Made by a program: the position numbers and the translations under genes. Shown here in pieces: positions 50,534 through 64,000 of a stretch of DNA of 64,000 bases. The stretch comes from Oceanispirochaeta sp. (GTDB lineage: Bacteria > Spirochaetota > Spirochaetia > DSM-2461), in contig CAXXXD010000001.1 of the NCBI GenBank assembly GCA_963663385.2, forward strand, positions 1 to 64,000, given 5' to 3'. A model generated the notes under the pieces. It was not told where the DNA came from. It saw only the letters and a program-made list of their open reading frames with translations, and ran no database searches. The first letter of the stretch is position 1. The number at the start of each line of letters is the position of its first letter.

Positions 50534-51613
50534 TTATCTGAAGGGCGGGCTGTACAGAAGACCTCCTTCAGTCCACTGCTTATTAAAGCCTCTGGGAATG
50601 GAGAGTCCGGAATCCGGTCCGAAATGCCTGTTAAACAGTTCGCCGTAATTACCGGTTTTCCTGATCATATTACAGGCCCAGTCATTGGAAAGACCGAGCT
50701 TGACGCCCAGTTCGTTTCTTTTGCCCAGGAACGCCAGCTCTTCCGGTTTCTCTGTTGAGCTCATGATGCTGTCGATATTGGCGCTTGTGATCCCGTGCTC
50801 CTCAGCAAAGAATAAACCGTAGAGACTCCAGTTGATAATATCGCCCCACTGATCATCCCCATGACGGAAACCGATCGCCAGAGGCTCCTTGGAGATTGTC
50901 TCATCCAGTAGCGTATAAGCCGAGGGATCCGCTGTATTCCTCATTCTTGTCATTAACCCTGAACGGTCCCCGGTCCAGGCATCGGCACGGCCTTTTTCAA
51001 AAGCGCCCATCAGCTCATCCAGATTCTCAAAGAGCACCGGTTTATAGGTAAGATTTCTTGATGCCATGATATCGGAGAGATTCCCCTCTGAAGTAGATCC
51101 TGTCAGAACACAGATGGCAGCCCCTTCCAGATCGGCTATGGTTTTAATACCGCTGTCTTTTCTGACCATGAAAGTCTGTCCGTCATAGTAGTAAGGAGCG
51201 GAAAAATCCAGGGACAGATCAGTATCCCGGGTTAAGGTATGAGTTGCCGTTCTGACCAGAAGATCGATTTCTCCCGATTGAAGAGCCGCGAACCGTTCTT
51301 TGGATGTAAGAGGACGGAACTGTATTTTTTCCGGATCGCCGAGGACAGCGGCTGCAATGGAACGGCCCATATCTGCTTCAAAACCGAGGTAATTACCGTC
51401 GGGATCAAGGTAGGAGAACCCCGGATTCGATGCATTGACTCCGACAATCAGGTAGCCCCTGTCCAGAACTGTCTCCAGAGTAGCCCCCGTATCTTTTGTT
51501 TCAGATACCGGGATATCCGCAGCGGGAGCGGCAACTGACTCCTTCTGCCCGCAGGATATAAATAATATCGCTATTAATGAAATCATTAATACCAACAATT
51601 CTCTCTTCTTCAT
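50534..51613 (-). CDS. aapJ: Amino-acid ABC transporter substrate-binding lipoprotein
   Basis: ERFAALQSGEIDLL, YYDGQ, ISKEPL and GGLLYSPPFR motifs. Confidence 0.9.
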   Translation of the reverse strand: MKKRELLVLMISLIAILFISCGQKESVAAPAADIPVSETKDTGATLETVLDRGYLIVGVNASNPGFSYLDPDGNYLGFEADMGRSIAAAVLGDPEKIQFRPLTSKERFAALQSGEIDLLVRTATHTLTRDTDLSLDFSAPYYYDGQTFMVRKDSGIKTIADLEGAAICVLTGSTSEGNLSDIMASRNLTYKPVLFENLDELMGAFEKGRADAWTGDRSGLMTRMRNTADPSAYTLLDETISKEPLAIGFRHGDDQWGDIINWSLYGLFFAEEHGITSANIDSIMSSTEKPEELAFLGKRNELGVKLGLSNDWACNMIRKTGNYGELFNRHFGPDSGLSIPRGFNKQWTEGGLLYSPPFR

Positions 51614-51789
51614 AATATCTCCTTATAAATGATTTGCGCGCTGATCAATTCGCTTCAATAGGACCTGTTGTCAGAAATATTCCTGAAGATATGGTATCTG
51701 GTGTTTTTTTGAGCAGTCAAACAGAAAAGAATCGGGCCTGTTCGATAGTTACTTTAGTAATACATCAACCATGGGACCTGTGACTTAAG

Positions 51790-53379
51790 TCATGCCCTGT
51801 CACGGATTGAGAACAGCCTGTTTAATTTGTTCCTGCTGGAACAATCCGTTTTTTTATAGATATGAGATAAGTGATTTTTAACCGTACCCACTGAAATAAA
51901 ACACTTTTCGGCTATTTCAAGGTTATTATATCCGCTCAACACAGCTTCAAGGATTTCAATCTCCCTCTCCGTAAGACCGTACTCTTCATACTGTTCGGAA
52001 GATCCCGATACAGGCTTTTCCTCACGCAGGTCCTGCATAAGAAAATCGATTTTAGAAAAGCAGTAACAACAGAGGATAAAAAAATACGGGAAAAAAGTAA
52101 AAAAAACCAGAAACGGAGTAGACGACTGGGTATAGAACTGAGCATGAAAAAAAAGGTCCAGGACAGCCGTCAGAGAAACTTCATCCATAATGGAATAGCC
52201 GAGCATAAACAGCCTTATATTGATAAAAAGCAGAAAGAACAGTGCTGTTCCAAAGGAATGAAGGAGATAGAAAGGCTTTTTATTTTTTACATGATCTGCC
52301 AGCAGGAAGACGGTTAAAGCAAAACAGAGAATCTGATGAGTATCGAAAAGGAGATCAAAATGGGTAAAAACCCCGGCAGGAGAAACAAGGATAAACAGAG
52401 CCAGACAAAGGAAACTCCCCATAACCAGAGAAACGGGAAGGAGGAAACGCCTCTTCCTGTTATGTTCCAGGATGACAAGCATGACAAGGGGACCGATTGC
52501 ATAGGTAAAAATATATTTTAATTTCTGGGTAGTTTCCCAGGGGATTTCCGGAAAGAGACGCAGCAGAAGCAGAGAATCCGAGAGGGAGATGCGTACGGCC
52601 AGAACTGAGAACAGGAGAATGGAGAAGATCTCCTTATAATACTTTCTATATCTGATATCCAGAAAGAAGAGGAACACAACAATCAGAAGGGAGGAAAGGA
52701 TCCCCATACCGGAAAATATGATCTCCCTTGCATCAAACCCAGCTACCTCATCATCCCTGCCCAGGAGGATATCCTGTAGAGCCCCTCCTCTGTGGTGCGT
52801 ATAATTTGAAATATGAAAGATGAGTGTTACCTCTCCGGTTTCAGCAGAAAAAGGGACGGTCCGCGGCATCCCCTTCGGAATGGAAAGAGCGGCTTCAACA
52901 CCATTCATCCCGGAATTCAGGACCCGCTCCCCGTTGATCCAGAGGGTATAGGAGGAGTTGATAACAGGTACGAGGAGGGCATATTTTTCACGGGGGGACA
53001 GACCGGTGACTTTCAGACGGTATGTGGCAAAACCATAGGATGGCTTCCTCCGTTTTTCGTATCCCCGGGAGGCGATTCGATACCAGGCGGAAGGAAAGGA
53101 GATAAACTCCCTTCCCGGAGGAGGGGTATCCTGTGAGTCGTTGAAATCAGAAGGGAAGTAGAATCTCTTCCAGTAGAACTCCCACTCCCCTTTCAGCGAC
53201 AGTTTCCCGTTTTCCGCAAAAGCCATGGCCTGATAGTTGATTTCCCCTTTTTTGGCTATAGGGAAATCCCTTCTATTCAGGTTCAGCCTATAGCCGAAAT
53301 AAAACAGAGAGAAGATCAGTCCTACAAATACAATGATAAGCCTGGATCGTCTGTTATCTGTCTTATCGGGAAAAATCAT
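51790..53379 (-). CDS. Membrane sensor-regulator: 7TM-DISM-like extracellular domain, 7TM region and LuxR HTH
   Basis: L.GEWEFYW and GFATYRL motifs, hydrophobic helices, then LTEREIEIL...GTVKNHLSHIYKK. ATGA overlap with the upstream gene. Confidence 0.82.
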   Translation of the reverse strand: MIFPDKTDNRRSRLIIVFVGLIFSLFYFGYRLNLNRRDFPIAKKGEINYQAMAFAENGKLSLKGEWEFYWKRFYFPSDFNDSQDTPPPGREFISFPSAWYRIASRGYEKRRKPSYGFATYRLKVTGLSPREKYALLVPVINSSYTLWINGERVLNSGMNGVEAALSIPKGMPRTVPFSAETGEVTLIFHISNYTHHRGGALQDILLGRDDEVAGFDAREIIFSGMGILSSLLIVVFLFFLDIRYRKYYKEIFSILLFSVLAVRISLSDSLLLLRLFPEIPWETTQKLKYIFTYAIGPLVMLVILEHNRKRRFLLPVSLVMGSFLCLALFILVSPAGVFTHFDLLFDTHQILCFALTVFLLADHVKNKKPFYLLHSFGTALFFLLFINIRLFMLGYSIMDEVSLTAVLDLFFHAQFYTQSSTPFLVFFTFFPYFFILCCYCFSKIDFLMQDLREEKPVSGSSEQYEEYGLTEREIEILEAVLSGYNNLEIAEKCFISVGTVKNHLSHIYKKTDCSSRNKLNRLFSIRDRA

Positions 53380-55133
53380 GTCCCAAGTATAGTCTCCAAT
53401 TCCCTTTTTGTATATTTCTTTAAATCTCTGCAAACCGATTTAACCGTACGGCTGTTCCATATAAGAGGAAATAACTCCGGAGAATCCCGGGAGACCATCA
53501 GATCTTTTTCCATTCTTCTGCAGAAGTTTACCGCTGCCGTCCGGTCCTGTCTCAGCCTTTCCACAAACTCCTCCTTCAGATATTCCAGGTTATGCAGCGC
53601 CGCCAGTTTGATAAACGCCTGTCTGTACCTCCGGAAAAACTCATGAAGATCATCAGGAGTCATAGCCAGAGTAGATCTGAGAATAAGGTGATCCATTTCC
53701 GGAAGATAGGGAGCCTCGTAACCGAACTGGGAACCGGGCCGGCAGATAACTCCCGTATCCTCCCGGCAGAGATTATAGTTCATCAGAAATACCATCAAAC
53801 CGGTACTGTCTGTAATCCCCGAAGGCAGATCCGCTCTCTGTATCCTTGTAAGGATATACCAGCCGGCATCGGGATCATTTATGCTCACATAGTCCCGTCC
53901 GATATACCTGTTGATGTCCCGTATATGAGATCGGGCTATCCCCAGCTGCCCTCTTATATAACTGCTGTTATGATCAATCCACTCCCGGGATGAGAAGGCA
54001 TAGGCTGCCACCACACCCGTTTCCGTCGAGACTTCCACCCCATCGGATCCTTCATGACCCAGAATCCCCCCCATCCGGTCAATCAGGCTCTCCCGGTCTC
54101 CGGGAAAGGTAATACCGCTGCAGGCAAAACCGATCCGGGCGGAAGCGTAACCGAGTGTTTTGGAAGGGGATACGATTGTAATGGTGCAGTCAAACAGGTT
54201 TCCGGAAGGAGTTCTGAAAGAAGCTATTGAGAAGATTTCCAGGCCCTCCTTCAGTATGCTCCCATTATAAACCTGATCAGCAATGACATAGACCGGATTC
54301 TCCCTGTTCTCCGCGTTATACTCCGTAACAGCCTCGGCTATACCGGCAATCTGTTCACGGGGCATGATATCTCCTGAAGGATTGGCTACAACGCTAAAGT
54401 AAACCGCTTTGATATCGCCTCGTGTCTCCAGTTCTTTTCGAATATGCTCCCGATCCATTCTTTCAACTACTTTCAGCCTGCTGTTATGAAAGGAAGGGGC
54501 TTTTACAAGACTCTGGTAGTGCCCCCGGGGAACCAGGATCGTTCCTCTGGATCTTTCTCTGAAGTCCCGCCCGTCTTTATCGACTCGGACATCCTTTGTC
54601 ATCAGAGCCGTCAGAAAGGTGTTGAAGAGGTTTTTAAATCCCGTTCCCATTACAACCTGATCCACCCGGGCGGGCAGTCCCATATTATTGAAATAGTTCT
54701 TCATCAGATACAGGCTCTCTTCCTGACCATGACAGAAATCGAGATACCCGGTGGATCCTATTCGCTGACAGGCCCGTTTTACAAGGAAGTCGTCAAAAGG
54801 CAGTGCCCTGTCCCGGGAGTTCTTCCAGATATCCCGGTAAGCTTCGTATAAATCGATAAAATATCCCTTTTCCGGACAGAACCGCTTGAGGTAACCGGCA
54901 AGAGGCTGAGCCTGTTCTTCTGCGAGGGAGGAGAGGTACCCCAGGAGGGATGTATGGTGAATCGTGTGATGAACATGAGCTGCCAGCGCCATTTCATGGG
55001 GAGAGAAAAAGTACTGCCCCCCCACATGGGCGTTAGCGGCAGTTTTGTTTCCTGTAATCCGGGAACTTTTATCAGACATTAAACGACCGATTTCATTATA
55101 ATGAACTACGGTCCCAGGAAGAATTTTACTCAT
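53376..55133 (-). CDS. Large PLP-dependent aminotransferase-like protein (fold type I)
   Basis: ANPSG, IADQVY, SPSKTLGYASARIG (PLP lysine) and RPGSQFG motifs. Confidence 0.75.
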   Translation of the reverse strand: MSKILPGTVVHYNEIGRLMSDKSSRITGNKTAANAHVGGQYFFSPHEMALAAHVHHTIHHTSLLGYLSSLAEEQAQPLAGYLKRFCPEKGYFIDLYEAYRDIWKNSRDRALPFDDFLVKRACQRIGSTGYLDFCHGQEESLYLMKNYFNNMGLPARVDQVVMGTGFKNLFNTFLTALMTKDVRVDKDGRDFRERSRGTILVPRGHYQSLVKAPSFHNSRLKVVERMDREHIRKELETRGDIKAVYFSVVANPSGDIMPREQIAGIAEAVTEYNAENRENPVYVIADQVYNGSILKEGLEIFSIASFRTPSGNLFDCTITIVSPSKTLGYASARIGFACSGITFPGDRESLIDRMGGILGHEGSDGVEVSTETGVVAAYAFSSREWIDHNSSYIRGQLGIARSHIRDINRYIGRDYVSINDPDAGWYILTRIQRADLPSGITDSTGLMVFLMNYNLCREDTGVICRPGSQFGYEAPYLPEMDHLILRSTLAMTPDDLHEFFRRYRQAFIKLAALHNLEYLKEEFVERLRQDRTAAVNFCRRMEKDLMVSRDSPELFPLIWNSRTVKSVCRDLKKYTKRELETILGT

Positions 55134-55292
55134 AAAGCCTATTTCCTTGATTGTGAGATTTTTCCTGGTTGGGTTAATCCTATAGAGGGCAGCGATTCCT
55201 GTCAATATTTTTCAAAATCCTCAAGAAAGATATTCCTCTTGTTTTAAAACCCTTAGACGAAACCGCATCCTTCTGATATTATTTTCAGCATT

Positions 55293-57803
<2,511 letters not shown>

Positions 57804-57834
57804 TTTCATTTCGCAGATAAGCGTTTAGATTATC

Positions 57835-57872
57835 AATCCCCGGAAACCACAAGGTTTCCGGGGATTTTTTTT
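57835..57872 (+). terminator. Rho-independent terminator of leuS
   Basis: AATCCCCGGAAACC-ACAA-GGTTTCCGGGGATT followed by a T-tract. Confidence 0.9.
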
Positions 57873-57901
57873 GAATCCGATAAGTTCGTTCCGTCAGATG
57901 G

Positions 57902-58273
57902 TCACTCTTTCCAATAAGTGGCAGAAAAACTTAAATCCCCTGATTTACCGTTCAGAGTCAGCGTAAGGCCGTCGTATTTCAGGTTCATCATAAAAACCCG
58001 GTTCCGCCACTTTGCATTTGGATTATTACTGTTGGGAAGCAGCTCGAAAAAACCCGCGTACATATCTTCGGCGTCATCGTAGTAGGCAAATCCCTTCCAG
58101 CCGTTGGATGCCTCCACGGCAATGATACTGTCGGTCACAGCCCTTACTTCGATGGCACATTCCGCTTCGCCGGCGGTGGAGGCAGTCTGCATCCAGGTTC
58201 CGGAGCTGATTTCTCCGGCTATAAGAGCTGAAGCGCAAAGAATGAGAGTCAGGATAAACAATGCTTTTTTCAT
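57902..58273 (-). CDS. Small exported hypothetical protein
   Basis: Signal peptide MKKALFILTLILCASALIA; GGAGG RBS. Confidence 0.75.
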   Translation of the reverse strand: MKKALFILTLILCASALIAGEISSGTWMQTASTAGEAECAIEVRAVTDSIIAVEASNGWKGFAYYDDAEDMYAGFFELLPNSNNPNAKWRNRVFMMNLKYDGLTLTLNGKSGDLSFSATYWKE

Positions 58274-58479
58274 TTTTCCCTCCAGTTTTTATTCTATGAG
58301 AAATGATTAAAGAGAACAAATAATATTTCCGGAAAATCCTGCCACTCCGGCGAATCACGAAGAGAGACCGGCGCTGCTGTCTCATTTGAATCTACCGGAA
58401 TATAACTTCAAAATAACGGATTGGTTTAACACCTTTGATATTATATGCTATTTTGATGCTACCAGAGTGAGGGACGGAA

Positions 58480-59175
58480 ATGAGCAGACAAATACAACTG
58501 AATGAAAGCTGGCTGAATGTAATGGGAGATGAATTTGACAAACCCTATATGGCAGAACTCCGCCAGTTTCTGATAATGGAAAAACAGAACGGAAAAACCC
58601 TCTTCCCTCCGGGGAGTCAGATTTTCTACGCCCTGGACCGCACCCCTTTTGACAAGGTCAAGGTTGTTATACTGGGACAGGACCCCTACCATGGAGACGG
58701 TCAGGCCCATGGACTCTGTTTTTCCGTTCAGCCAGGTGTAGCGCCGCCCCCCAGTCTGATAAATATATATAAGGAGATGGAAACAGACCTTGGCCTGACG
58801 CCCCCTTCCCACGGCTGTCTCTCCAGCTGGGCCGATCAGGGGATTCTTCTCCTGAACTCTGTACTGACCGTTGAAGCCCATAGAGCGGGATCTCATCAGG
58901 GCAGAGGCTGGGAGGAGTTTACAGACAGGGTAATCCGGGAACTGGAAAGCAAAAGGGAGAATCTGATCTTCATTCTATGGGGCGGATACGCCAGGAAGAA
59001 GGGCAGCTTCATCAATCGGCAGAAACATCTGGTTATCGAGAGTCCCCACCCTTCCCCCCTGTCATCCTACAGAGGATTTTTTGGAAGCCGGCCTTTCAGC
59101 CGGACCAACGCCTACCTGGCGGAAACGGGTCAGTCCCCTATAAACTGGGAGCTTCCCTCTGTAGGAGTACTCTGA
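58480..59175 (+). CDS. ung: Uracil-DNA glycosylase (family 1)
   Basis: GQDPYH, PPSLINI and HPSPLS motifs. Confidence 0.97.
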   Translation: MSRQIQLNESWLNVMGDEFDKPYMAELRQFLIMEKQNGKTLFPPGSQIFYALDRTPFDKVKVVILGQDPYHGDGQAHGLCFSVQPGVAPPPSLINIYKEMETDLGLTPPSHGCLSSWADQGILLLNSVLTVEAHRAGSHQGRGWEEFTDRVIRELESKRENLIFILWGGYARKKGSFINRQKHLVIESPHPSPLSSYRGFFGSRPFSRTNAYLAETGQSPINWELPSVGVL

Positions 59176-59915
59176 TAAACAACGGAAAAAAACTCTCCCT
59201 GATGATCCACTTCCACAACAAGCACCTCTCCCGCATGCCGCATTCCCCTGTTTAAAAAGCGGTGGGTCCCTTCAGAAAGGAAAACCCTGTCCGTATTGCC
59301 GCCGCTGCTCTCCACAGGGTCCTGTAATGCATAGGGATAAAGGAGATGACGCCCCGGATAACTGGGAAGATCCACCTCAAACAGGTAGTTTTCTCTTATA
59401 TACCAGCTGCGCAGCTCCTCTTTTATCAGCTGCCGTCCCAGAAGAGCCCAGTCTATATCCCATGGATCGGAGAACTCCTTCTCCCGGATTTCCCTGAGCA
59501 GCTTTTCCATATTTATACAGTTAAGGTCAACCCCGGAAGCGGCGGCTTTCATCAGAAAGAAAACCCCGGCTCCGTCCTGCCAGGACAGGTTAATCCGATG
59601 AGCCCCCCCCGGTTCATATATTCCCCCCGCAGGATAATGGAAAAAACAGTCCGAAATAACAGGAGGATAGAGAAGGCAGAGGAGGGGGGATTCCTTATTA
59701 ACCTCTATGCTGCAAATGGAGGAGGGTTCAAAAGAGAGATCCTCCCGTACAATTTCTCCGCGCCCGTCCCGGACTTCCAGCCGCCATGGACCCTGATCGT
59801 CCTTCAGGTAAGCCAGATTCCCCGGCAGGACCGGCAGTTTCAGTTCAACCAGCTCTTCCGTTCCCAGGCGGCAGGAGGAGAGAATCGTACAGATGGTCAG
59901 TAGAATAAGGATCAT
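59130..59915 (-). CDS. Hypothetical lipoprotein
   Basis: Lipobox LSSC. The true start may be slightly upstream. Confidence 0.6.
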   Translation of the reverse strand: MILILLTICTILSSCRLGTEELVELKLPVLPGNLAYLKDDQGPWRLEVRDGRGEIVREDLSFEPSSICSIEVNKESPLLCLLYPPVISDCFFHYPAGGIYEPGGAHRINLSWQDGAGVFFLMKAAASGVDLNCINMEKLLREIREKEFSDPWDIDWALLGRQLIKEELRSWYIRENYLFEVDLPSYPGRHLLYPYALQDPVESSGGNTDRVFLSEGTHRFLNRGMRHAGEVLVVEVDHQGEFFSVVYQSTPTEGSSQFIGD

Positions 59916-59947
59916 ACTTCCCTAACGGAAGAATGATCGGAAGTGAT

Positions 59948-60487
59948 TCAAGACTGGGCTTTTTTTTCTCTCAGCTGCTGACGGTAGATATCCCGGATAC
60001 GGATAAGAATGTCCCTGTTTTTCCGGCTGACGAAATCCGGATAGGTCCACTCCAGAGGATGGAAATCCCTGTTCTTAAACTGGAGAGTCAGTTCCCCGTA
60101 TATACCGCATCTCATGGGGACTCTGTGAACATTGTTTTTCGTAGTCGCCAGTATGAATTTACTTAAGGAAAGGATTCCCGGATCCAGATTAACTTTTCTG
60201 TTTCGCCCCTCTGCAAAACCGGCTTCTATATCGTTGGTGCACAGCTTGATATCGGCCAGAGCCTCCGGTTCAATAAGCTCCGCAAAGGAGAAAAAACACC
60301 TGTAGACAGGGGTGCCCATTTCCGGATTATAGTAATCGGTAAAGTCGAAAATAAAAGGTTCCGTCTCAAGGTCGATCGCCCCCCAACGGGATTTCAGCGC
60401 ATCTTTTACGGAATCCATCAGTTCGAGACGTGAAATCAGTACCCCAATGACCAGTTTTTCCTTCTCGAAACGGTTAACAACGCCCAT
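59948..60487 (-). CDS. DUF4416 family protein
   Basis: FTDYYNPEMG, R.VNLDPG, LATTKN and WTYPDF motifs. Confidence 0.85.
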   Translation of the reverse strand: MGVVNRFEKEKLVIGVLISRLELMDSVKDALKSRWGAIDLETEPFIFDFTDYYNPEMGTPVYRCFFSFAELIEPEALADIKLCTNDIEAGFAEGRNRKVNLDPGILSLSKFILATTKNNVHRVPMRCGIYGELTLQFKNRDFHPLEWTYPDFVSRKNRDILIRIRDIYRQQLREKKAQS

Positions 60488-60558
60488 ATCAGAACCTTCT
60501 TCTTCAAATTGATAATCTTTGGTTGTTACTTTACCCATATTCGATGATAATAACCAGT

Positions 60559-61977
60559 ATGAGTCAAGATGAAATGTATCAGGCACAGCTGGACGAGGCC
60601 CTTACCAGGAGAGCCATGGTATTGGCAAAAGAGGATATCCCCGCATTAAAAGAGGCCTGCCGGACTTATCAGGCAGCCTATACCGGATTATATAAAGTTT
60701 TTCTCGAGAAATCCCTGATTCAGGAAGATCAGTATAACTACGAACAGAAAATCTCCAATCTGAAACCGCCCCCCTCTGATCCTTTTCCCGAGTCAGATCT
60801 TTTTAATCAGATGAATCTGCGCTTGAGCGGATTCATGGCCCAACTGGATTTTCTGAATAACTTTTTCTTTCTCAGTCCCGAATCCCTTGACCTCAAAACT
60901 ATAAAAAATATTCTGGGATTGATTGATTACTTCCACTGGCATGATCTGTCTGCCACATCCTCTCATGTCATGACCCGGAGCATAACCGGATACCTGGAAA
61001 GGATAAGACAGACAAACGATGCAATGGCTGTCAATATCATTGCAAACTCCATGAAGGTACTGAAGGAACAGCAGAAAACCATAAAGGTAATGCTGAAGAA
61101 GATTTCCGTTTATGCCAAACAGAATTATAAACTTATGGCCAGGATAAATGTCATTTCGGATGTAACCCTGGATCCGAACAGGGTACAGACTGACCATAGC
61201 GGCACACTGCAGGCTATTAAATTTGAATTTCCCGTAAAATGGCAGGGCGCCCCCTTCTACAAAGAACTGATAGAAGAGATCCTGCTGGAAGACTTCGGCC
61301 CTCAGAAAGAAACTCTGCGGCAGGAAAATCTGAAATCCCTGGAAGTAACCCAGAAGATTGTCAAAAAAAAGAAAAAGAATCTTAATAATGATTTAAAGAA
61401 AGAACTGATGAATGTTATGGCAGAGATGGCAAAAGCCTATATCCCTCTGGAAACCATAATAACACGAATGGATGATAACAGCCGTCTGATGGATGAAAAC
61501 CCCAAATCATTCTCTCAGAAGCTTTCCCGCTGGTTCACCCGGGTCATGTTAAAGAAAATTGAGGTCTTTTATGACATACAGGTCAGTGAGCTGGGACAGG
61601 GAAAGAAAAAAGAGCGGCTGAATTTCACAAGCTACATCAACTGGCTCAGAATGAAAGCCTCTTTTTACAAGTCCCTGAATAATCCCAACAGTTCGAGCTA
61701 TATAAGAGCATCAGAATCCTCCATGGAGGATCTGGAGGAATTCCTTGCAAAAAACCAGCAGGAGATGAAGCGGATCCTAAACCGCGTAAGCACCCTGGAA
61801 ATGTTTTTTAAAGAAGCAGCGGAAGGAGACGTCAAAAAGAAGGTAAAAGGGTACAAGGCGGAACTGTCCCAGCTTAAAGGAATCATTTCCAAAGTAATTA
61901 CCGGCTTGAAGGAGTACCAGGTTCGTCAGGAAGAGATGGAACAGCTGAAGAACCTGGGTATTGATCCTAACGCCTGA
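60559..61977 (+). CDS. Conserved hypothetical helical protein
   Basis: Long open frame; no motif recognised. Confidence 0.7.
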   Translation: MSQDEMYQAQLDEALTRRAMVLAKEDIPALKEACRTYQAAYTGLYKVFLEKSLIQEDQYNYEQKISNLKPPPSDPFPESDLFNQMNLRLSGFMAQLDFLNNFFFLSPESLDLKTIKNILGLIDYFHWHDLSATSSHVMTRSITGYLERIRQTNDAMAVNIIANSMKVLKEQQKTIKVMLKKISVYAKQNYKLMARINVISDVTLDPNRVQTDHSGTLQAIKFEFPVKWQGAPFYKELIEEILLEDFGPQKETLRQENLKSLEVTQKIVKKKKKNLNNDLKKELMNVMAEMAKAYIPLETIITRMDDNSRLMDENPKSFSQKLSRWFTRVMLKKIEVFYDIQVSELGQGKKKERLNFTSYINWLRMKASFYKSLNNPNSSSYIRASESSMEDLEEFLAKNQQEMKRILNRVSTLEMFFKEAAEGDVKKKVKGYKAELSQLKGIISKVITGLKEYQVRQEEMEQLKNLGIDPNA

Positions 61978-61978
61978 A

Positions 61979-63886
61979 TTACCTGGATGAGTACAGCCCC
62001 ATAATCCGGAAGTCTTCCGTCAGCTCCCTGATTTTCTCAACAGCCTTGTCAAAGACATCCCTCTTCTCCGGCAGTTCCAGATCGACATAGAACATATAGG
62101 ACCAGGGACGGCCGTGAATGGGACGGGATTCCAGCTTTTTCATATTCAGGCCGTATTCTGAAAATACGGAGAGACAGCGGGAAAGGGCTCCTGCTTCATC
62201 GGGTGTGGAAAACACGATGGAGGCCTTGTCGCACTCCTCAATATTTCCGGCCATATCATCTCTGGCGATAATGGCAAAACGGGTATAGTTGTGAGGATTG
62301 GTTTCCAGACCTTCTGCCAGGATATCCAGTCCGTAAACCTTGGCGGCATCAACGCCGGCAATTGCGGCAATACTGTTTTCCTTCTGTTCCGCCACGAATG
62401 AGGCAGCACCGGCCGTATCAAAATAACTGACCGCTTCGATTCCGTTTTTCTCGAGAAACTCCGAACATTGCGAGAGCGCCTGCGGATGAGAGTACACTTT
62501 TTTAATGTCTTTAAGGGACGCACCCTTCCTGGCCAGAAGATTATGGCGTATGCGGACCTTGATTTCCCCTATAATACGCAGATCCGGATAGAGGTAGAGG
62601 AGGTCGTAGTTTTCAAGGATAGACCCGGCAACGGAGTTTTCCAGGGGGACAATACCCCAATCGGACGTCCCGTTAAGGACCTCCTTGAAAATATCCTTGA
62701 AACGGGGAACAGCGACAGCATCCACATCGCTGCCTTCAAAATACGTTTTGGCGGCCAGTTCACTGTAAGCCCCTTTAGTACCCTGGAATACAGCCCGGGG
62801 AGTCCCGGCCTTGGCAGAAACACTTGAAGCTTTGGCTGCAGAAGCCAGAGCCTTATGCCGGGGATCGGGTATACGGGTAATCTCTTTCCCCACGACGGGA
62901 GAGAGGGCTTCCAAATCACACATAAGTTTTTCAAACTGCTCGGGATAGAGAGACTGCGGTCCATCGGAGGTAGCTTTATCCGGATCGGGGTGTACTTCGA
63001 TTATCAGCCCGTTAGCTCCGGCAGCCACGCCGGCCAATGCCATGGGGAGGACTTTATTTCTTAAACCTGTTCCGTGGGAAGGGTCAACAATAACGGGCAG
63101 ATGACTGAGTTTCTGGACAACAGGGATGGCTGATAAGTCCAGGGTATTCCTGGTCATGGTTTCAAAGGTCCGTATGCCCCGTTCACAGAGGATAACCTTA
63201 TCCGTACCGGCGGAAAGGAGGTATTCCGCCGCCATCAGCCACTCTTCGATGGTAGAGGAAAGGCCCCGCTTCAGTATAACAGGCATATCCATGGAACCGA
63301 CTTTTTTCAGCAGTTCAAAGTTCTGCATATTCCGTGCGCCAATCTGAAAAACATCAATATAGTCTTTCATCATATCCGCATCGGCAGGAGAGACAATTTC
63401 TGTTGCAACGGGCAACCCGGTTTTTTCACCGGCCTCTTTAAGGTACCTGCAGCCCTCTTCGCCCAGACCCTGAAAGGAATAGGGAGATGTTCGCGGCTTG
63501 AAAGCCCCTCCCCGGAGCATAACAGCACCGGCTTTCTGGACAGCTACGGCAGAAGCCAGAATCTGTTCCCGGGATTCAACGGCACAGGGACCGGCAATAA
63601 CACTGACACGGGGACCGCCGAACTTGACGGGCCCCACATTAAACACGGTGTCTTCTTTCTTCAGTTCCCTGGATGCCAGCTTATAGGGTTTGGAAATAGG
63701 GATAACCTGGGCAACACCCGGAAGCAGTTCCACCTGTCTGAAATCCAGTGAAACGCTGCCTACCGCGCCCAGAACTGTTTCTTTTTCTCCTATGATCTCA
63801 CGAACGGTAAGTCCCTTGGATTGGAGAAAACCGACAATATGCTCTTTCTGATGAGCATTAACCGTATTATGCAGAACAATAATCAT
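61979..63886 (-). CDS. aroF: DAHP synthase (type I-beta) fused to prephenate dehydratase + ACT
   Basis: [21 protein letters not shown] and DPSHG; then QG..GAYS, VPLENS..G, N.TRF and LESRP. Confidence 0.93.
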   Translation of the reverse strand: MIIVLHNTVNAHQKEHIVGFLQSKGLTVREIIGEKETVLGAVGSVSLDFRQVELLPGVAQVIPISKPYKLASRELKKEDTVFNVGPVKFGGPRVSVIAGPCAVESREQILASAVAVQKAGAVMLRGGAFKPRTSPYSFQGLGEEGCRYLKEAGEKTGLPVATEIVSPADADMMKDYIDVFQIGARNMQNFELLKKVGSMDMPVILKRGLSSTIEEWLMAAEYLLSAGTDKVILCERGIRTFETMTRNTLDLSAIPVVQKLSHLPVIVDPSHGTGLRNKVLPMALAGVAAGANGLIIEVHPDPDKATSDGPQSLYPEQFEKLMCDLEALSPVVGKEITRIPDPRHKALASAAKASSVSAKAGTPRAVFQGTKGAYSELAAKTYFEGSDVDAVAVPRFKDIFKEVLNGTSDWGIVPLENSVAGSILENYDLLYLYPDLRIIGEIKVRIRHNLLARKGASLKDIKKVYSHPQALSQCSEFLEKNGIEAVSYFDTAGAASFVAEQKENSIAAIAGVDAAKVYGLDILAEGLETNPHNYTRFAIIARDDMAGNIEECDKASIVFSTPDEAGALSRCLSVFSEYGLNMKKLESRPIHGRPWSYMFYVDLELPEKRDVFDKAVEKIRELTEDFRIMGLYSSR

Positions 63887-64000
63887 TCTGCCAGCTTAGT
63901 TTATTTTCTCCGTTTGTTCCATAAGGAGGGTTACATTCTTAACGGATTTCATCTCCGGAAATTGAATTTCGGAAGGAAGAATTTCCTCCGGAATAATCCC

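Overview
Bacterial chromosomal window, most likely from a free-living spirochaete (inferred from the lipoproteins, the DAHP synthase-prephenate dehydratase fusion and Treponema-type attC sites). Bases 1-9.4 kb hold the 5' part of a giant, tandemly repetitive secreted or surface protein on the minus strand. It runs off the left edge and carries seven +1 homopolymer errors. Bases 9.6-22.2 kb hold mixed accessory genes. The main result is an AT-rich island at about 22.2-37.7 kb, which I read as an integron gene-cassette array on the minus strand with no integrase in the window (CALIN-like). Cassette order: ORF-less cassette, three-gene Lamassu/ABC-three-component defence system, TerB_N-TPR protein, AAA/DUF4143 ATPase, DUF4386 protein, Fic protein, and a decayed second ATPase cassette. 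The array is hit by three kinds of mobile element. Two IS1182 copies sit exactly in the GTT of attC R' boxes. A RmInt1-like (class D) group II intron sits in an attC left arm, and its predicted EBS1/EBS2 are complementary to this array's attC sequence. An intact IS66 has an 8-bp target duplication. A HigBA pair lies next to the island. Bases 40-64 kb are mostly ordinary: deoC, LysR/YeiH, a sensor kinase, aapJQMP, leuS, ung and aroF-pheA. All calls come from reading the sequence and recognising motifs; no searches were run.
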